Positions 29,618 to 32,000 of a stretch of 32,000 bases of DNA are shown here, piece after piece. The stretch is from Bacteroidia bacterium (GTDB lineage: Bacteria > Bacteroidota > Bacteroidia > M30B66): positions 69,481-101,480 of the forward strand of contig JAGYKL010000009.1 of the NCBI GenBank assembly GCA_018401705.1, read 5' to 3'. The position numbers and the translations under genes are program-made. A model generated the notes under the pieces. The model was not told where the DNA came from. It was given only the letters and a program-made list of their open reading frames with translations, and searched no databases. Numbering within the stretch: the stretch's first letter is position 1; every line of letters begins with the position of its first letter.

Positions 29618-30340
29618 ATGGAGGGACAAGATGATTTCAATTCAGAAGAATGGCAAACTGCCGATTTACTTAGAGAAGTAGATGAGATTTTTTCCTTTTC
29701 AGGAAGAAGAGAATCCGAAGTTCTTAATGCATTTGGTAAAGGTTCTTTCATAGCTTCTGGCGGAAATGCCAAATACCGTGAAACTAGCTCCAAGACAATC
29801 TTCAATGAGGAAAACATTAAGCAACTTTGCATCCGCTACCGCTTAAGATTTTTACCAATTCAGTTATATTGTGGTGAAGTTCCTTATGAAGTAATTTCAA
29901 AGATAAAAAGCTACGAGCACAAGCATCATGGAAAAAAGGCTGAGCTATATATCCTTGCTCCACCAGCGTTTTTTCTATTAAAGAACGCCTATAAAGACCC
30001 ACTGCTATTTGCTTCAAATTCAAATGGAGGATACGAGCTTCTTTGCGAGTGGGGAGAAAAATCTTCCTGGTATGTACCTGTTTTAAACTACCCATTTCGC
30101 GATTTCAAAAGCATGGTTATTAGCTCTCTGGCTGTAGGCTTTGTAATTGCGTTAATATGCGGACTTAACGGTGTGTTGAATTATCCAAATACATTTAAAT
30201 CCATTATCATGAAAGCTCCAATCATGATACTGTCTGCAGGGATGTTTTCTACAGTTGCGCTATGCTATGGTTTAATCACTAAGACTGACTTTAGTGCTGA
30301 CAATTGGCAGAGCAAATACTTTAGAAAAAGAATTATTTAG
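29618..30340 (+). CDS. hypothetical membrane protein (cytosolic N-domain plus two C-terminal TM helices)
   Basis: 240-aa ORF. Hydrophobic segments [18 protein letters not shown] and [19 protein letters not shown] lie near the C-terminus. No recognisable family. 8-nt convergent overlap with der. Confidence 0.5.
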   Translation: MEGQDDFNSEEWQTADLLREVDEIFSFSGRRESEVLNAFGKGSFIASGGNAKYRETSSKTIFNEENIKQLCIRYRLRFLPIQLYCGEVPYEVISKIKSYEHKHHGKKAELYILAPPAFFLLKNAYKDPLLFASNSNGGYELLCEWGEKSSWYVPVLNYPFRDFKSMVISSLAVGFVIALICGLNGVLNYPNTFKSIIMKAPIMILSAGMFSTVALCYGLITKTDFSADNWQSKYFRKRII

Positions 30341-31640
30341 CTCTAAAAAAAATCTGAATTGGCACTCCGGTAAAGTCGTATGCTTCCCTGATTTTGTTCT
30401 CCAAAAATCTTTTATAGGGATCTTTAAAGTACTGAGGCAAATTACAGAAAAAGATAAATTGAGGATGGTGAGATTTAAGTTGAGTAATATACTTAACCTT
30501 TAAATACTTTCCTTTCACCGCAGGCGGTGGATTGTTTTCAATGAGCGGTAATAAATAGTCATTCAACTTTCGAGTTGGTATTTGCCTCTTTCTGTTTTCA
30601 TGCACTTGCACAGCAGCCTCAACAGCTTTTAACAGTCGCTGTTTTTCAATTGCGGATGTAAAAATGATTGGTACATCTTTGAAAGGAGCGATTCTTTGCT
30701 CAATCAATTCTGTGTATTGCTTACTTGTGTGAGTATCCTTGTCAATAGTATCCCATTTATTCACAAGAATTACAACTCCTCTGTTGTTTCTTAAGGCTAG
30801 CCATAGAATATTCAAATCCTGAGATTCTATTCCGTCTTTTGCATCAAGCATCAGAACACAAACATCGCAATGCTCAATCGCTTTAACAGTTCGCATAACA
30901 GAATAAAACTCTACATCTTCGTGTACTTTGCCTTTCTTTCTGAGACCGGCAGTATCCACAAGAAAGAAGTCATGGCCAAAAGCCTTGTAGCGAGTATGGA
31001 TAGTATCTCGGGTGGTCCCTGCAATGTCAGTAACAATGTTTCTTTCTATACCTAATAAGGCATTTACAAAAGAAGACTTCCCAACATTCGGTCTTCCAAC
31101 TACAGCAATTCTAGGAATATCTGCTTCAACTTCGGTTTCAGAAGTATCAGGTAGAACTTCAACAAGATCATCTAATAATTCACCTGTACCGGAGCCATTT
31201 ATAGAAGATATGCAGTAAACTTCGCCTAATCCTAGAGCATAGAATTCACCCGAAAGCCCGATACGTTCATTATTATCAACTTTATTTGCTACCAACAGGG
31301 TTTTTCTTGAAGACTTTCTGACTACATCGGCTACTTCTCTGTCAAGATCTGTAACTCCCATCATCACATCTACAACAAAGAGCAACGCATCGGCTTCTTC
31401 GATAGCAATTTCAACTTGTGACCTTATTTCACCTTCAAAAACATCATCAGAACCAAGAACATATCCGCCTGTATCAATAAGAGTAAACTCCTTTCCCTGC
31501 CATTCTGCCTTTCCATAGTGTCTGTCACGAGTAACACCCGCCATTTCATCAACAATGGCAGTTCTAGAATCGGTTAGACGATTAAATAATGTTGATTTAC
31601 CCACGTTTGGGCGACCAACAATCGCAACAATACTTCCCAT
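30333..31640 (-). CDS. der: ribosome biogenesis GTPase Der (EngA)
   Basis: Two tandem GTPase domains ([12 protein letters not shown] and [28 protein letters not shown]) plus a KH-like C-terminus. Confidence 0.95.
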   Translation of the reverse strand: MGSIVAIVGRPNVGKSTLFNRLTDSRTAIVDEMAGVTRDRHYGKAEWQGKEFTLIDTGGYVLGSDDVFEGEIRSQVEIAIEEADALLFVVDVMMGVTDLDREVADVVRKSSRKTLLVANKVDNNERIGLSGEFYALGLGEVYCISSINGSGTGELLDDLVEVLPDTSETEVEADIPRIAVVGRPNVGKSSFVNALLGIERNIVTDIAGTTRDTIHTRYKAFGHDFFLVDTAGLRKKGKVHEDVEFYSVMRTVKAIEHCDVCVLMLDAKDGIESQDLNILWLALRNNRGVVILVNKWDTIDKDTHTSKQYTELIEQRIAPFKDVPIIFTSAIEKQRLLKAVEAAVQVHENRKRQIPTRKLNDYLLPLIENNPPPAVKGKYLKVKYITQLKSHHPQFIFFCNLPQYFKDPYKRFLENKIREAYDFTGVPIQIFFRAK

Positions 31641-31641
31641 A

Positions 31642-32000
31642 TTAATTTAAATATCCAAAACGTTTTAGCTGGCGTTCACTGTCTCGCCAATCTTTACTTA
31701 CTTTAACCTGAACACTCAGAAAGACTTTCATTCCAAGAAACTCTTCCATTGCAATTCTCGATTCTGTGCTTACCTTCTTAAGCATTTTGCCCTGGTGCCC
31801 TATAATAATTCCTTTTTGAGATTCTCTAGAAACAAAAATAGTTGAGCTTATTCGTATGATTGTTTCTTCAACTTTAAAGTCCTCAATGGCTACTTCAACA
31901 GAATATGGAATTTCCTTTTGATAGTTGAGAAGAATTTTTTCTCTTATTATTTCTGTGCAAAAAAAACGTTCTGACCTGTCAGTGAGTGCGTCTTCTTCAA
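31642..32000 (-). CDS. era: GTPase Era, C-terminal (KH domain) portion; gene continues beyond the right edge
   Basis: The minus-strand frame is open from the window edge to TAA 31642-31644. It reads [30 protein letters not shown]...[14 protein letters not shown]...[19 protein letters not shown]. The stop lies 1 nt before the der ATG. Confidence 0.85.
   Translation of the reverse strand, partial: EEDALTDRSERFFCTEIIREKILLNYQKEIPYSVEVAIEDFKVEETIIRISSTIFVSRESQKGIIIGHQGKMLKKVSTESRIAMEEFLGMKVFLSVQVKVSKDWRDSERQLKRFGYLN

Overview
AT-rich chromosomal window, most likely from a Bacteroidota genome (murF-alr fusion, GldA-like ABC ATPase, TAnnTTTG-type promoter motifs). Left third (1-9580): a surface-glycan locus. 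It holds a nonulosonic-acid module of the pseudaminic/legionaminic type (NeuB-family synthase, GNAT, PseB, SpsF/PseF-like cytidylyltransferase, plus an SDR and an aldo/keto reductase of unassigned role). It also holds a Wzm/Wzt ABC exporter and the GDP-fucose genes fcl and gmd. Middle (about 8450-13570): at least five consecutive genes (gmd, pentapeptide-repeat protein, recR, ubiA-like, 3' end of a metallophosphoesterase) are broken by multiple frameshifts. This zone contains two tandem hairpin-repeat arrays (10131-10850 and 13107-13270). The arrays share an identical 11-nt loop but have stems that differ by compensatory changes. I consider this hairpin family the most interesting signal here, and I cannot assign it to a known class. 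Without reads I cannot tell whether the frameshift zone is real decay or a local assembly or polishing artefact. Right half: ordinary housekeeping genes (rhomboid, ABC-F, RDD, lipoprotein, frameshifted hemH, O-antigen-ligase-like, rsmI, tdk, murF-alr, gldA-like, metK, der, era) and three hypothetical proteins. A 14-bp tandem repeat lies upstream of the gldA-like gene, and metK carries a Lys/Ala-rich tail. I saw no CRISPR array, tRNA/rRNA, transposase or integrase, or recognisable defence system.
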